A stretch of DNA of 62,589 bases, the filler included. It is 8 parts of 8 records of this genome, joined end to end, with 100 filler letters (N's around TTAATTAATTAA, not from the genome) between each part and the next. Parts side by side here need not be neighbours in the genome. Positions count along the whole stretch, not along the records: positions 1 to 6,808 come from SRR31156797_42161; positions 6,909 to 17,613 come from SRR31156797_42171; 6 more parts are not named here. One strand, written 5' to 3'. The notes beneath the pieces are model-generated. The model was not told the origin of the DNA, made no database searches, and saw only the letters and a program-made list of their open reading frames with translations. Positions within the stretch are counted from its first letter, which is position 1. Every line of letters starts with the position of its first letter. Position numbers and translations under genes: made by a program. Shown in pieces: positions 1 to 8,712 of this stretch.

Positions 1-118
1 TAAATCTTCTTGAAAATCTGCTGCTTTAATTCGGGATTTCCGTCGGGTCCGGGATTTGATTCGGTCATGCGCGGCTATTATGATATACTTGGTAGATAGT
101 TAAACAAGGACTTTGGTA

Positions 119-652
119 ATGACTATTTTGGACGACGCGTTGTCGGAATACGGCCCGGCGCTGAAATATTTCATCCGTCGCCGGGTGTCGGATGAAACAG
201 CGGCCGAAGATATTCTGCAGGATGTTCTGCTCAAGGTCCAGTCGCGACTTGGCAGCCTCAGGGATCCGGCCAGCCTGAAGTCCTGGATATATCAAATTTG
301 CCGTTACACGATTATTGATCATTACCGCCGCAAGAAATTCCCGGTTGAACCGCCGGATAATCTCATCGTGGAAACTATCATCGAAGAAGAACAATTCAGG
401 CACGATCTTGATTCATGCGTTCAGGAAATGGTCGAAAAACTGCCGCCCAAATACCGCCAGGCCATGATTATGAACGCCTATGAAGGCCTGACCCAAAAGG
501 AGATGAGTCAACAGTTGGGCATCTCCATTTCCGGCGCCAAGTCCAGGGTTCAACGAGCCAGGGAAAGGCTGAAGACGGATTTATTAAACTGCTGTCACAT
601 CGAGTTCGATTCGTTCGGTAAAATAATCCATTACACGCCAAGGGGAAAATAA
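119..652 (+). CDS. sigZ: ECF RNA polymerase sigma factor, SigZ-like
   Basis: Region 2 (AEDILQDVLLKV, SWIYQICRYTIIDHYR), region 4 (LPPKYRQA, GAKSRVQRAR) and C-terminal LLNCCHIEFD; start is TTG113 or ATG119. Confidence 0.85.
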   Translation: MTILDDALSEYGPALKYFIRRRVSDETAAEDILQDVLLKVQSRLGSLRDPASLKSWIYQICRYTIIDHYRRKKFPVEPPDNLIVETIIEEEQFRHDLDSCVQEMVEKLPPKYRQAMIMNAYEGLTQKEMSQQLGISISGAKSRVQRARERLKTDLLNCCHIEFDSFGKIIHYTPRGK

Positions 653-782
653 CCTCCAATTCTCCGGCATCTACAAGCAAGCTTCTTTAAGATAATCCAT
701 CTATTTCATATTCATTAAGTGCGTCTTTTTACCTCTTTTATCGTCTGCACATATAGAAAGCTATTAAGAAAGAGGTGAAAAA

Positions 783-1604
783 ATGAAAGAACAAGACAGG
801 GTAAGAGATATGGTCCGGCGCCGTTACGGCGGCCTGGCGGCTCAAGGCGGAACCTGCTGTGATACGGGCGTTGGCCGACAGTCATCTTGTTGCTGCACTC
901 AACCGGAAAGCGAATCCGGGACAACAAATCCCCAAGGTTTTTTTTATTCCGAACAAGAAGTAGGCGCGGCGCCGAAAGGGTCGTTTTTGGGCTTGGGCTG
1001 CGGCAATCCTTTGGCCCTGGCGGATTTGCGCCCGGGAGAAACTGTCCTGGACCTGGGCAGCGGCGCCGGCTTTGACTGCTTTTTAGCCGCTCAAAAGGTT
1101 GGGCCGCACGGAATGGTTATAGGCGTCGACATGACGCCTGAAATGGTCGCCGGCGCACGGGCCAATGCAGAACGGGAGGAATATAATAATATCGATTTCC
1201 GCCTGGGGGAATTGGAAAACCTGCCTGTTCCCGATGAAACAGTGGATGTCATCATCTCGAATTGCGTAGTAAACCTGTCTCCGGATAAACCGAGGGTGTT
1301 TGCCGAGGCGTTCCGCGTCCTGAAGCCGGGCGGCCGCTTGATGATAATGGATATGGTCGCCAGGGCGCCTTTGCCGGATCGGCTGCGAAACGATACAAGC
1401 CTCTATTGCGCCTGCATATCCGGGGCGGCGGAAGTTGAAACTGTTAGGGAAATGCTTTCCGCGGCGGGTTTTGTTTCCATCAATATCAACTTCCGGGACC
1501 AGGACCGGGAGTCGTCAGGCGAGGAAGTGACCGAGGATAATGTGCGCCAGGTAGTCTCTTCCGCCGGTATCGAAGCGTTCAAGCCCGGCCGGGCCTGCGC
1601 CTGA
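783..1604 (+). CDS. arsM: Arsenite S-adenosylmethionine methyltransferase
   Basis: LGLGCGNP, VLDLGSGAGFD, ISNCVVNL and ACISGA motifs; Cys-rich N-terminus; RBS AGAGGTG. Confidence 0.9.
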   Translation: MKEQDRVRDMVRRRYGGLAAQGGTCCDTGVGRQSSCCCTQPESESGTTNPQGFFYSEQEVGAAPKGSFLGLGCGNPLALADLRPGETVLDLGSGAGFDCFLAAQKVGPHGMVIGVDMTPEMVAGARANAEREEYNNIDFRLGELENLPVPDETVDVIISNCVVNLSPDKPRVFAEAFRVLKPGGRLMIMDMVARAPLPDRLRNDTSLYCACISGAAEVETVREMLSAAGFVSININFRDQDRESSGEEVTEDNVRQVVSSAGIEAFKPGRACA

Positions 1605-1665
1605 ATACCGATTAGCACCGTTATGTACTATTTCAGACCGTATATTCCTTTATCGGGGAAAACTA

Positions 1666-1773
1666 ATGGATGCCAGCCTTTTGAGCGTGCTTCTGATAGC
1701 CGGTTTATACCTGTTGATCCTGGTCCTGGCCAGGGCGCTGGACTTTTTACTGGCCAAGATCGATAAAGATTAA
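1666..1773 (+). CDS. Small single-helix membrane peptide (35 aa), not in ORF track
   Basis: Translates MDASLLSVLLIAGLYLLILVLARALDFLLAKIDKD; GGGGAA upstream; ends just before the terminator. Confidence 0.5.
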   Translation: MDASLLSVLLIAGLYLLILVLARALDFLLAKIDKD

Positions 1774-1777
1774 TGAA

Positions 1778-1808
1778 AAAAGGCGGGCTGCGATTCAACC
1801 CGCCTTTT
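1778..1808. terminator. Bidirectional intrinsic terminator
   Basis: AAAAGGCGGG...CCCGCCTTTT hairpin between convergent genes. Confidence 0.75.
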
Positions 1809-1826
1809 AACAGTACAAAGATAAAT

Positions 1827-1960
1827 TTACTTGCTTAGTTTTCTTCTTAAACCGGCAATGCCGACCAGGCCTGATCCCAACAGCCAGACAGCGCCGGGAA
1901 TGGGCACGGCTGAAGAGGGCGATAAAGTTCCGCCGCCAAGTATGGCCACGTCGCTATATC
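1827..1960 (-). pseudogene. C-terminal remnant of a PEP-CTERM/VPLPA-CTERM sorted protein
   Basis: Minus strand reads SAVPIPGAVWLLGSGLVGIAGLRRKLSK-stop; the 5' part is replaced by istB sequence. Confidence 0.8.
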
Positions 1961-1988
1961 CGCTTTCAAAGCGCCGTTTGGAGTAAGT

Positions 1989-2325
1989 TTATTCTTCGAT
2001 TTTATCCTTCATCCGATAGCTTTTTCCTTCGATGACTACCGTCTCGGCGTGATGCAGCAGTCTGTCGAGTATGGCCGAGGTGAGTGTTGCGTCGTGGTTA
2101 AAGATTTCCGGCCATTGTTTATATGCTCTGTTTGAAGTGATGATAAGCGCACCCCTTTCGTAGCGCCCGCTGATGACCTGGAAGATCAGGTCGGCGCCGC
2201 TTTTATCGATGGGCAGGTATCCGAGTTCGTCGAGTATGAGCAGGTTTGGTTTGATGTATTTATTGAGTTCCTGTTTTAAGCGGCCGGTATTTTTGGCTGC
2301 GGCGAGGGTGTTGACGACGTCCACG
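1989..2325 (-). mobile_element. istB: 3' half of IS21-family helper ATPase IstB (truncated)
   Basis: LLILDELGYLP, IITSN, AILDRLLHHA and GKSYR motifs; Walker A and istA absent. Confidence 0.85.
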
Positions 2326-2418
2326 GCCGGTGCGGAGGAGGAGGTGGGCATGGTTGGGGATCAGAGCCCAGGCATAGCAGCTTGTGGAGGTCTCCTTTAG
2401 AACACCCCAGAGCCGATC
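2326..2418 (-). pseudogene. Internal fragment of a Y1/HUH (RAYT/IS200-like) transposase
   Basis: Minus frame reads DRLWGVLKETSTSCYAWALIPNHAHLLLRTG, containing the HUH motif NHAHLL. Confidence 0.75.
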
Positions 2419-2428
2419 GTTATTTTCC

Positions 2429-3136
2429 TCATAAATTCACCGAAGTAAACAACCCCAAGATATAATCCTGGCACAAAGACTGGGCCTTAGGACCATTTCT
2501 TTCTGCCACTGCATCCGTGATATTTTTGAGCTCAGCGTGGGTTTTTCGCTTTACCAGCTCTGAAACCTTGCTTTCGGTACCCCGGCCGTCATAATTGACA
2601 CGACGCCGATGAAGGATAACTTGTTCGAATATATTGACCAGAAAATTATTCCCGGTGGCCTCATAGATACCCTTGGTTACTGCATAGATAGCCTCCTTGA
2701 ATTCCAGCCAGAACTCTGCTTCCATCAAATCATCTAGACGGCTTTGCAGCCGTTTTAGATCATCTGGTTTGGCATTATCGGCAGCCAGGGCTGCGGCGGC
2801 GGGCTCGAACATAAGCCTGGCTTCCAGAATCTCGCGAAAATTATAGGGGCCGCTGCTCAGGGGTTGCACACGGGCATCTTGGATTTCGATGATCTGAGCC
2901 GCATTGTCGGTCAAATACGTACCGCTGCCCACACGGCGCACAATGAGGTCTTGGCTTTGAATCATGGACAAGGCTTGGCGCACGACATCCCGGCCGGTTT
3001 CAAAACGTCGGGCCAACTCGCGCTCATTGGGAAGTTTATCGCCTGGCAGGTATACACCGTCCCGGATCATCTCGATTACCGCTTGGTAAACACGGTTGGT
3101 CATGCTACTTTGAATATTTGCTCTTGGCTCAGTCAT
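2429..3136 (-). CDS. GntR/FadR-family transcriptional regulator
   Basis: PGDKLPNERELA, VRQAL and GSGTY winged helix; FCD domain (LEARLMFEP). Confidence 0.9.
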   Translation of the reverse strand: MTEPRANIQSSMTNRVYQAVIEMIRDGVYLPGDKLPNERELARRFETGRDVVRQALSMIQSQDLIVRRVGSGTYLTDNAAQIIEIQDARVQPLSSGPYNFREILEARLMFEPAAAALAADNAKPDDLKRLQSRLDDLMEAEFWLEFKEAIYAVTKGIYEATGNNFLVNIFEQVILHRRRVNYDGRGTESKVSELVKRKTHAELKNITDAVAERNGPKAQSLCQDYILGLFTSVNL

Positions 3137-3170
3137 ATCTTGATCCCCTGAATATAGATTGCTGTATGAG

Positions 3171-3540
3171 TGGTTACTAATTAAGCAGGCAGCTTAGCAG
3201 ATTTTGGTCAACCATTCAATAACCAATTCGCAAATAGCAATGAAATTGATCTTCGATGGAAATGGATGTTCAATTTTGCGGAAAGGCTGCTTTAATTATC
3301 GTACCACCTTGAGTTATATGGAGCACCTTCATGAGATATTTGGGCCTCAGCATTTCAATTCTGGTAATGTTATCTCTTTTGGTAACCAATATCATACCAA
3401 TTGAGAGTCTAAAGTTTTTATTCAGCTTGGGATAATTAATATAAAAATCAATTTCTTACAAATTATCATTTTGAAATCAAAAAACCATTAAAAATATATT
3501 AATTTTTTTCTTGACATTTTAAGAAATAATGGCTAACCAA
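3171..3540. promoter_or_regulatory. Divergent promoter region with putative FadR-type operators
   Basis: TTGGTAACCAA at 3379-3389 and related sites TGGTTACTAA (3171), TGGTCAACCA (3205), TGGCTAACCAA (3530); TTGACA at 3511. Confidence 0.55.
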
Positions 3541-3639
3541 ATAACCAATCGAAAGAAAATCAGTGAAGCAAGGATGCAGATCGAGCATCTTTCTGCCGCC
3601 CAGCGCGCATCAATCAAACTAATGATAAAGGAGCAACAG

Positions 3640-4107
3640 GTGGCTTTAATCCGACAGCGTCTCCAGGAACTGGGCATCAAACTCCCCCAGGTGCCTCAAC
3701 CGGTGGGCAACTTTCAACCCTGTAGTATGCATGGCGGGCTGCTTTTCCTATCCGGTCAGGGACCGTTGCGGGCCGACGGCACCCTATCCACCGGCAAGGT
3801 CGGCGTCGAGGTGAGCACCCAGGAGGCTTACGAAGATGCTCGTCGCACCGGTTTAGTGCTCATCGCGGCCATGGAGCAATACCTCGGCGATTTGGATCGT
3901 GTAGAGCGGATTGTGAAACTTCTGGGTATGGTGAACGCCGCACCCGATTTCACGGAACATCCCGCAGTAATCAACGGCTGTTCCGACCTTATTGTGCAAG
4001 TGTTCGGAGAGGCTGGGCGGCACGCGCGTTCAGCGGTGGGCTTTGGTTCCCTACCGGGAAATATTACGGTTGAGATCGAGGCCATCGTAGCCGTGAAGTC
4101 AGAATAA
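3640..4107 (+). CDS. RidA/YjgF-family protein
   Basis: LFLSGQGP, VINGCSDL and GRHARSAVG motifs; start reassigned to GTG3640 behind AAGGAG. Confidence 0.85.
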   Translation: MALIRQRLQELGIKLPQVPQPVGNFQPCSMHGGLLFLSGQGPLRADGTLSTGKVGVEVSTQEAYEDARRTGLVLIAAMEQYLGDLDRVERIVKLLGMVNAAPDFTEHPAVINGCSDLIVQVFGEAGRHARSAVGFGSLPGNITVEIEAIVAVKSE

Positions 4108-4215
4108 AGAGGATTATCCCATAAGGGTACGGGAAGTTCATATTTAATTTTTCCCACAAAGTGATGGAGAAGTTCGAAAACCGTATCCGTTATTTTAGCA
4201 TTTAGGATAATAGCC

Positions 4216-5433
4216 ATGAAACCAAGTTCCGATTTATTCGAGCATTACGCCTTGACCCGAGTGATCAATGCCTCGGGCACCATGACCTATTTGGGATCTT
4301 CTCTAGCTGTGCCCCCAGCAGTATCGGCCGGGGCAGACATTTTAAACGAATTTGTAAGAATAGATCAATTGCAGGCGGCGGCAAGCCGCGTCGTTGCCCG
4401 GGTCACTGGCTCGGAGGCTGGTTTTATCACGGCCTGTTCAGCCGCCGGCATTGTGCTCGGTATCGCCGGCTGCATGACCGGCCCGGATCTGGCCAAAATC
4501 GAAGGACTGCCCGATGTCAGCGGCCTTAAAAATCAAGTGGTCGTACAGGCCGGCCATCTCATCAATTACGGGGCGCCCATTGAGCAGGCGATCCGCCAGT
4601 CCGGAGCAACGCCGGCGCCAGTGGGAACCGCCGCCCTGGCGCATACCTATCATCTTGAGAACGCCATTACCGAAAACACCGCCGCCGCGCTCTATGTGGT
4701 CTCCCATCATGTGGTGCAGGAAGGCCAGATCCTTTTGGCTGAATTTGCTGCAATCTGCAGGGAACGCTCAATTCCCCTTATCGTGGACATGGCCAGTGAA
4801 TATGATCTGCGTACTCCATTGGAATTGGGAGCCGCGCTAGCGATCTACAGCAGCCACAAGTTTTTAGGAGGCCCCACGGCTGGTATCGTGGCCGGAACCA
4901 TTGATGCGGTACGCAATGCCTATTTGCAGAACCGAGGCATTGGGCGCCCCATGAAAGTTGGCAAGGAAGGCATCGCAGGGGCTATGGCCGCTTTGGAGGC
5001 TTGGCAGGAACGTGATCATCAGGCTGTCAAAAACCAGGAGTCCGCCTACCTTCGTCATTGGAAGGAGGCTCTATCTCAGGTTCCCGGCTTACAGCTGGAG
5101 TTCCATGAGGACTGGACCGGCAACCCCATTGAGCGGCTCAAAGTTACCGTGAATCCGCAACAGGCAGGACTCTACGCCTGGGAATTGGCGGACCGATTGG
5201 CTGCCGGAGATCCCCTGATCCAAGTCCGAGATGATCTTATTGAGTGGGGATACTTTTTCCTGGATCCCTGCAACCTTAAAGCCGGGCAGGAAATCGTTGT
5301 TGGCCGTCGCATCAAGGAAGAGATTGAGCAAGCCCTAGCCAATGGGGACGGCTTGGCCTGCAGCTTGTCGGAAAGAAGGCGCCGAATCATTAAAAGCGCC
5401 CTGAGCTGGCCGCATGGGGAGGGATTTCAATAA
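4216..5433 (+). CDS. SelA-like/DgaE-like PLP-dependent enzyme
   Basis: VINASGTMTYLGSS, SSHKFLGGPTAG (PLP lysine) and GIGRPMKVGKE. Confidence 0.8.
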   Translation: MKPSSDLFEHYALTRVINASGTMTYLGSSLAVPPAVSAGADILNEFVRIDQLQAAASRVVARVTGSEAGFITACSAAGIVLGIAGCMTGPDLAKIEGLPDVSGLKNQVVVQAGHLINYGAPIEQAIRQSGATPAPVGTAALAHTYHLENAITENTAAALYVVSHHVVQEGQILLAEFAAICRERSIPLIVDMASEYDLRTPLELGAALAIYSSHKFLGGPTAGIVAGTIDAVRNAYLQNRGIGRPMKVGKEGIAGAMAALEAWQERDHQAVKNQESAYLRHWKEALSQVPGLQLEFHEDWTGNPIERLKVTVNPQQAGLYAWELADRLAAGDPLIQVRDDLIEWGYFFLDPCNLKAGQEIVVGRRIKEEIEQALANGDGLACSLSERRRRIIKSALSWPHGEGFQ

Positions 5434-5493
5434 AGCAACAACGTCCCGAGCACGGGACGAATCAACAACCTATAAGGTGAAAGGAGGAAAGTC

Positions 5494-6339
5494 ATGATGA
5501 GAAGAACACTCAATGTTATTGGGCTGATATGCCTGTCTGCCATCCTTATGGCCGGTGTTGCCAATGCTGGCGACAAAAGCAAATTGGACGAGGTCCTCGA
5601 AAGAGGTAAGCTGATCGTGGGGACTGGTAGCACCAACGCTCCATGGCACTTCAAGGATGCCAAAGGCAATTTGGTCGGTTTTGATGTCGATATCGCTAAA
5701 ATGATCGCAAAAGCCCTTTTCGATGATCCTGAGAAGGTGCAATTTGTCAATCAGTCCGGCGACTCCCGCATCCCCAACCTGACCACCGGCAAAGTAGACC
5801 TCACCTGCCAGTTCATGACCGTGACCGGCGGCCGCGCGCAACAGGTGGAATTCTCAATTCCGTACTACCGTGAAGGTGTTGGCCTGCTCCTTAAAGCCGG
5901 CGGCAAGTATAAAAATTATGCCGAGCTAAAAGCCGCCGGCAGCGATGTGGTTGTGTCCGTATTGCAGAATGTGTATGCTGAAGAAATGGTCCACAAAGCA
6001 TTACCCGATGCGAAAGTTGATCAGTACGACAGCCAAGACCTGATCTACCAGGCCTTGAATTCCGGCCGGTCCGATGCCGCCGCCACCGACCAGTCCGCCC
6101 TGCGCTGGTTCATAAAGCAAAACCCCAAACGCTATGTGGATGCGGGCTATGGTTGGAATCCCCAGAGCTATAGCTGCGCCGTTAAGCGCGGCGACCAGGT
6201 GTGGCTGAACTTTGTCAACACCGCCTTGCATGAAGCCATGACCGGTGTGGAATTCGAATCCTATGCCGCTTCTTTTAAAAAATGGTTCGGGGTCGAGCTG
6301 GAACCTCCCAAGATCGGCTTCCCAGTAGAATACAAGTAA
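5494..6339 (+). CDS. Polar amino-acid ABC transporter substrate-binding protein
   Basis: Signal peptide, GFDVDIAK and RIPNLTTGKVDL (SBP family 3). Confidence 0.9.
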   Translation: MMRRTLNVIGLICLSAILMAGVANAGDKSKLDEVLERGKLIVGTGSTNAPWHFKDAKGNLVGFDVDIAKMIAKALFDDPEKVQFVNQSGDSRIPNLTTGKVDLTCQFMTVTGGRAQQVEFSIPYYREGVGLLLKAGGKYKNYAELKAAGSDVVVSVLQNVYAEEMVHKALPDAKVDQYDSQDLIYQALNSGRSDAAATDQSALRWFIKQNPKRYVDAGYGWNPQSYSCAVKRGDQVWLNFVNTALHEAMTGVEFESYAASFKKWFGVELEPPKIGFPVEYK

Positions 6340-6370
6340 CCACAAGCTAAATTATTGCAGGAGCCGCAGC

Positions 6371-6808
6371 ATGGATTACAGGTTAAATTTTGATGCCGTG
6401 TGGAGGGATTTCGACCTTCTGCTTTCTGGTCTGGGGCTTGGTCTCGTTCTGGCCTTTATATCGATACTGATTGGTAGTCTTATCGGTTTGTTTGCGGCTT
6501 TTGCAATGCTGTCAAAAAACACTGTCACCCGCAGAATCGCCGTAGCATATGTTACAGCGATCCGCAATACGCCTATTTTGGTATTAATATTCTTCACCTT
6601 TTTCGCCCTGCCGCAATTAGGTGTGCGTCTAGGTAAAATCGAATCTTTCATATTTACCCTTACAATCTATTCGGGGGCCTACCTGACCGAAGTCTTCCGG
6701 GGCGGCTTGATAGCGCTGCCGCCTGGGCTTCATGATGCGGGGCTCGCTATTGGCTTGACCGAATGGAAGGCCAAAATATGCATCATAATACCAGTTATGA
6801 TCCGCAAT
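6371..6808 (+). CDS. Amino-acid ABC transporter permease (cut by contig end)
   Basis: RNTPILV and AYLTEVFRGG HisM/GlnP-type motifs. Confidence 0.9.
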
Positions 6809-6908
6809 NNNNNNNNNNNNNNNNNNNNNNNNNNNNNNNNNNNNNNNNNNNNTTAATTAATTAANNNNNNNNNNNNNNNNNNNNNNNNNNNNNNNNNNNN
6901 NNNNNNNN
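6809..6908. other. Artificial contig spacer
   Basis: 44 N + TTAATTAATTAA + 44 N. Confidence 0.98.
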
Positions 6909-7374
6909 CTTTCATATTTACTTTCCCGTATATGAAGGTGCAAGCGATGAAATATCCCCTGAAAAGCAGGCAGTGCCCTTGTCCGGGGGCCATGAAATCA
7001 TCATGCTCGTTGACGACGATGTCAAAATCAACGAGCTTGTTAAGAGGATTCTCATGGGATACGGATATGAGGTATATTCATTTACCGATGGGGTCCGGGC
7101 CTATGAAGAATTTGAAGGGCATCCGGATAAGTATGATCTTATCATCACCGACATGACCATGCCTTTTATGACCGGCGCGGAATTTTCCCGGAAAGCCCTT
7201 GAGATACGCCCAAATCTGCCGATCATTCTCTGTACCGGGCATAGTGAATTGATTAATGGTGAAAAGGCCCAGGCCATGGGCATCAGGGAGTATTGCGAGA
7301 AACCGCTGAATAAAAATCAGTTATTGCGCATTGTCAGGAAGGTCCTTGATAATGCCGAGGTTAATGGGGCATAA
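6909..7374 (+). CDS. C-terminus of hybrid histidine kinase (receiver domain), 5' truncated
   Basis: FHIYFP ATPase-domain end followed in frame by LVDDD, TDMTMP and KP receiver motifs. Confidence 0.85.
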
Positions 7375-7429
7375 GACTCCAAAAAGGCGCCAAACCCACC
7401 GTTTAACAAAACCTGGAAGGAGGAGACCC

Positions 7430-8494
7430 ATGAGCGAAGTCTGCATACGGAACAGCACATATAAGGCTCCCGAAATCGGGAAACTGTTGGCCCCGCTGGG
7501 CGGCATGAGCGAAGTCGTACAAAAGGGCGATCGGGTCCTCCTGAAAGTGAACCTTCTATCGGCCAGGAGTCCGGAAAAGGCCGTCACAACCCATCCTGAA
7601 CTGGTCAGGGCCGTTGCGCGCGAGGTCAAGAGGGCGGGCGGAAAACCGTTCATGGGAGATTCGCCCGCGGGGAGGTTTACCAAAAAGGGGTTGAGGAAAG
7701 CTTACAGGGCCACTGGACTGGCGGATATTTCGAAAGAAGAAGATGTTCCCCTCAATTGGGACACGGGGAGTACAAAGCGGGAAATTTCCGAGGGGAAGCG
7801 GTTGAAACGCGTGCCGATCTGTGATTTTGTCTTGAACGCCGATAAAATCATCGCCCTGCCGAAATTGAAGACCCACTCCCTCCAGTACATGACCCTTGCC
7901 TGCAAAATCATGTATGGGGCCGTCCCCGGACTGACCAAAGCCAAATATCACGCCCAGTTTCCAAGGCGCGCCCCCTTTGCCGACATGATGCTGGACATTC
8001 TGACGGTGATCAAGCCCGACCTCTATATTCTGGACGGAATATTGGGCATGCAGGGACAGGGGCCGGGGAACGGAGATCCGATCCGACTGGGTTGGCTCCT
8101 GGCCTCCACCGATCCCGTGGCCATGGATATGGCCGTCTGCCGCCTGATCGGCATTGAGCCCGTGGCCATTCCGGTTTTAAAGAAAGCCAGGGTTCGAAAG
8201 CTGTGGCCCGATCATATCCATTATCCCTTGCTCAAACCGGAAGAGATCCCCCGACCGGACTATAAAATGGCCAACACGGCCGATCACATCGTGACGGGGA
8301 AAAAGTCTCCGTCAAAAAAACCCGAGGTTTCCGAAAAATGCATCGCCTGCGGAGAGTGCAAGGTAATATGCCCCAAGGGCGCCATCCGCATGGAAAACGA
8401 GCGGGCTGCCGTTGACGATTCAACATGCATCCGCTGTTTCTGCTGCCATGAAGTCTGCCCGGAAGATGCCATACAACTGGTTTCCGCCCGGTAG
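7430..8494 (+). CDS. DUF362 protein with C-terminal 2x[4Fe-4S] ferredoxin domain
   Basis: VLLKVNLL, TTHPE, LPKLKTH; CIACGECKVICP and CIRCFCCHEVCP; RBS AGGAGGAG before ATG7430. Confidence 0.85.
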   Translation: MSEVCIRNSTYKAPEIGKLLAPLGGMSEVVQKGDRVLLKVNLLSARSPEKAVTTHPELVRAVAREVKRAGGKPFMGDSPAGRFTKKGLRKAYRATGLADISKEEDVPLNWDTGSTKREISEGKRLKRVPICDFVLNADKIIALPKLKTHSLQYMTLACKIMYGAVPGLTKAKYHAQFPRRAPFADMMLDILTVIKPDLYILDGILGMQGQGPGNGDPIRLGWLLASTDPVAMDMAVCRLIGIEPVAIPVLKKARVRKLWPDHIHYPLLKPEEIPRPDYKMANTADHIVTGKKSPSKKPEVSEKCIACGECKVICPKGAIRMENERAAVDDSTCIRCFCCHEVCPEDAIQLVSAR

Positions 8495-8712
8495 TCTTTG
8501 GGTTTTCCCTGATCTTGCGTCAATCCCCTAAAAGATTGACATGGGGAGGCAGATGTTCAGTTGTTTTTTGATTTGATCAAGAGAAAGCCGTGCCTTCGGA
8601 ATGCCGGATCGGTTTTTGTTACAGGCTTTTCAGGCCGCAACCCATAACCCGGTTGCGGCAAATACTGATCTCTGGTATGTTTCAATGAAAACACAGGTTA
8701 GGGCTCATTCCC

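Noticed and set aside
4216-5433. True selenocysteine synthase SelA
   Set aside because: It lacks the N-terminal tRNA-binding domain, has no selB or selD neighbours, and sits in a catabolic context.
6853-6864. TTAATTAATTAA as a biological repeat
   Set aside because: It is a linker embedded in N padding at every contig join.
8634-8659. Riboswitch upstream of the sodium:solute symporter
   Set aside because: Only one hairpin (GCCGCAACC/GGTTGCGGC) with no recognisable aptamer consensus.
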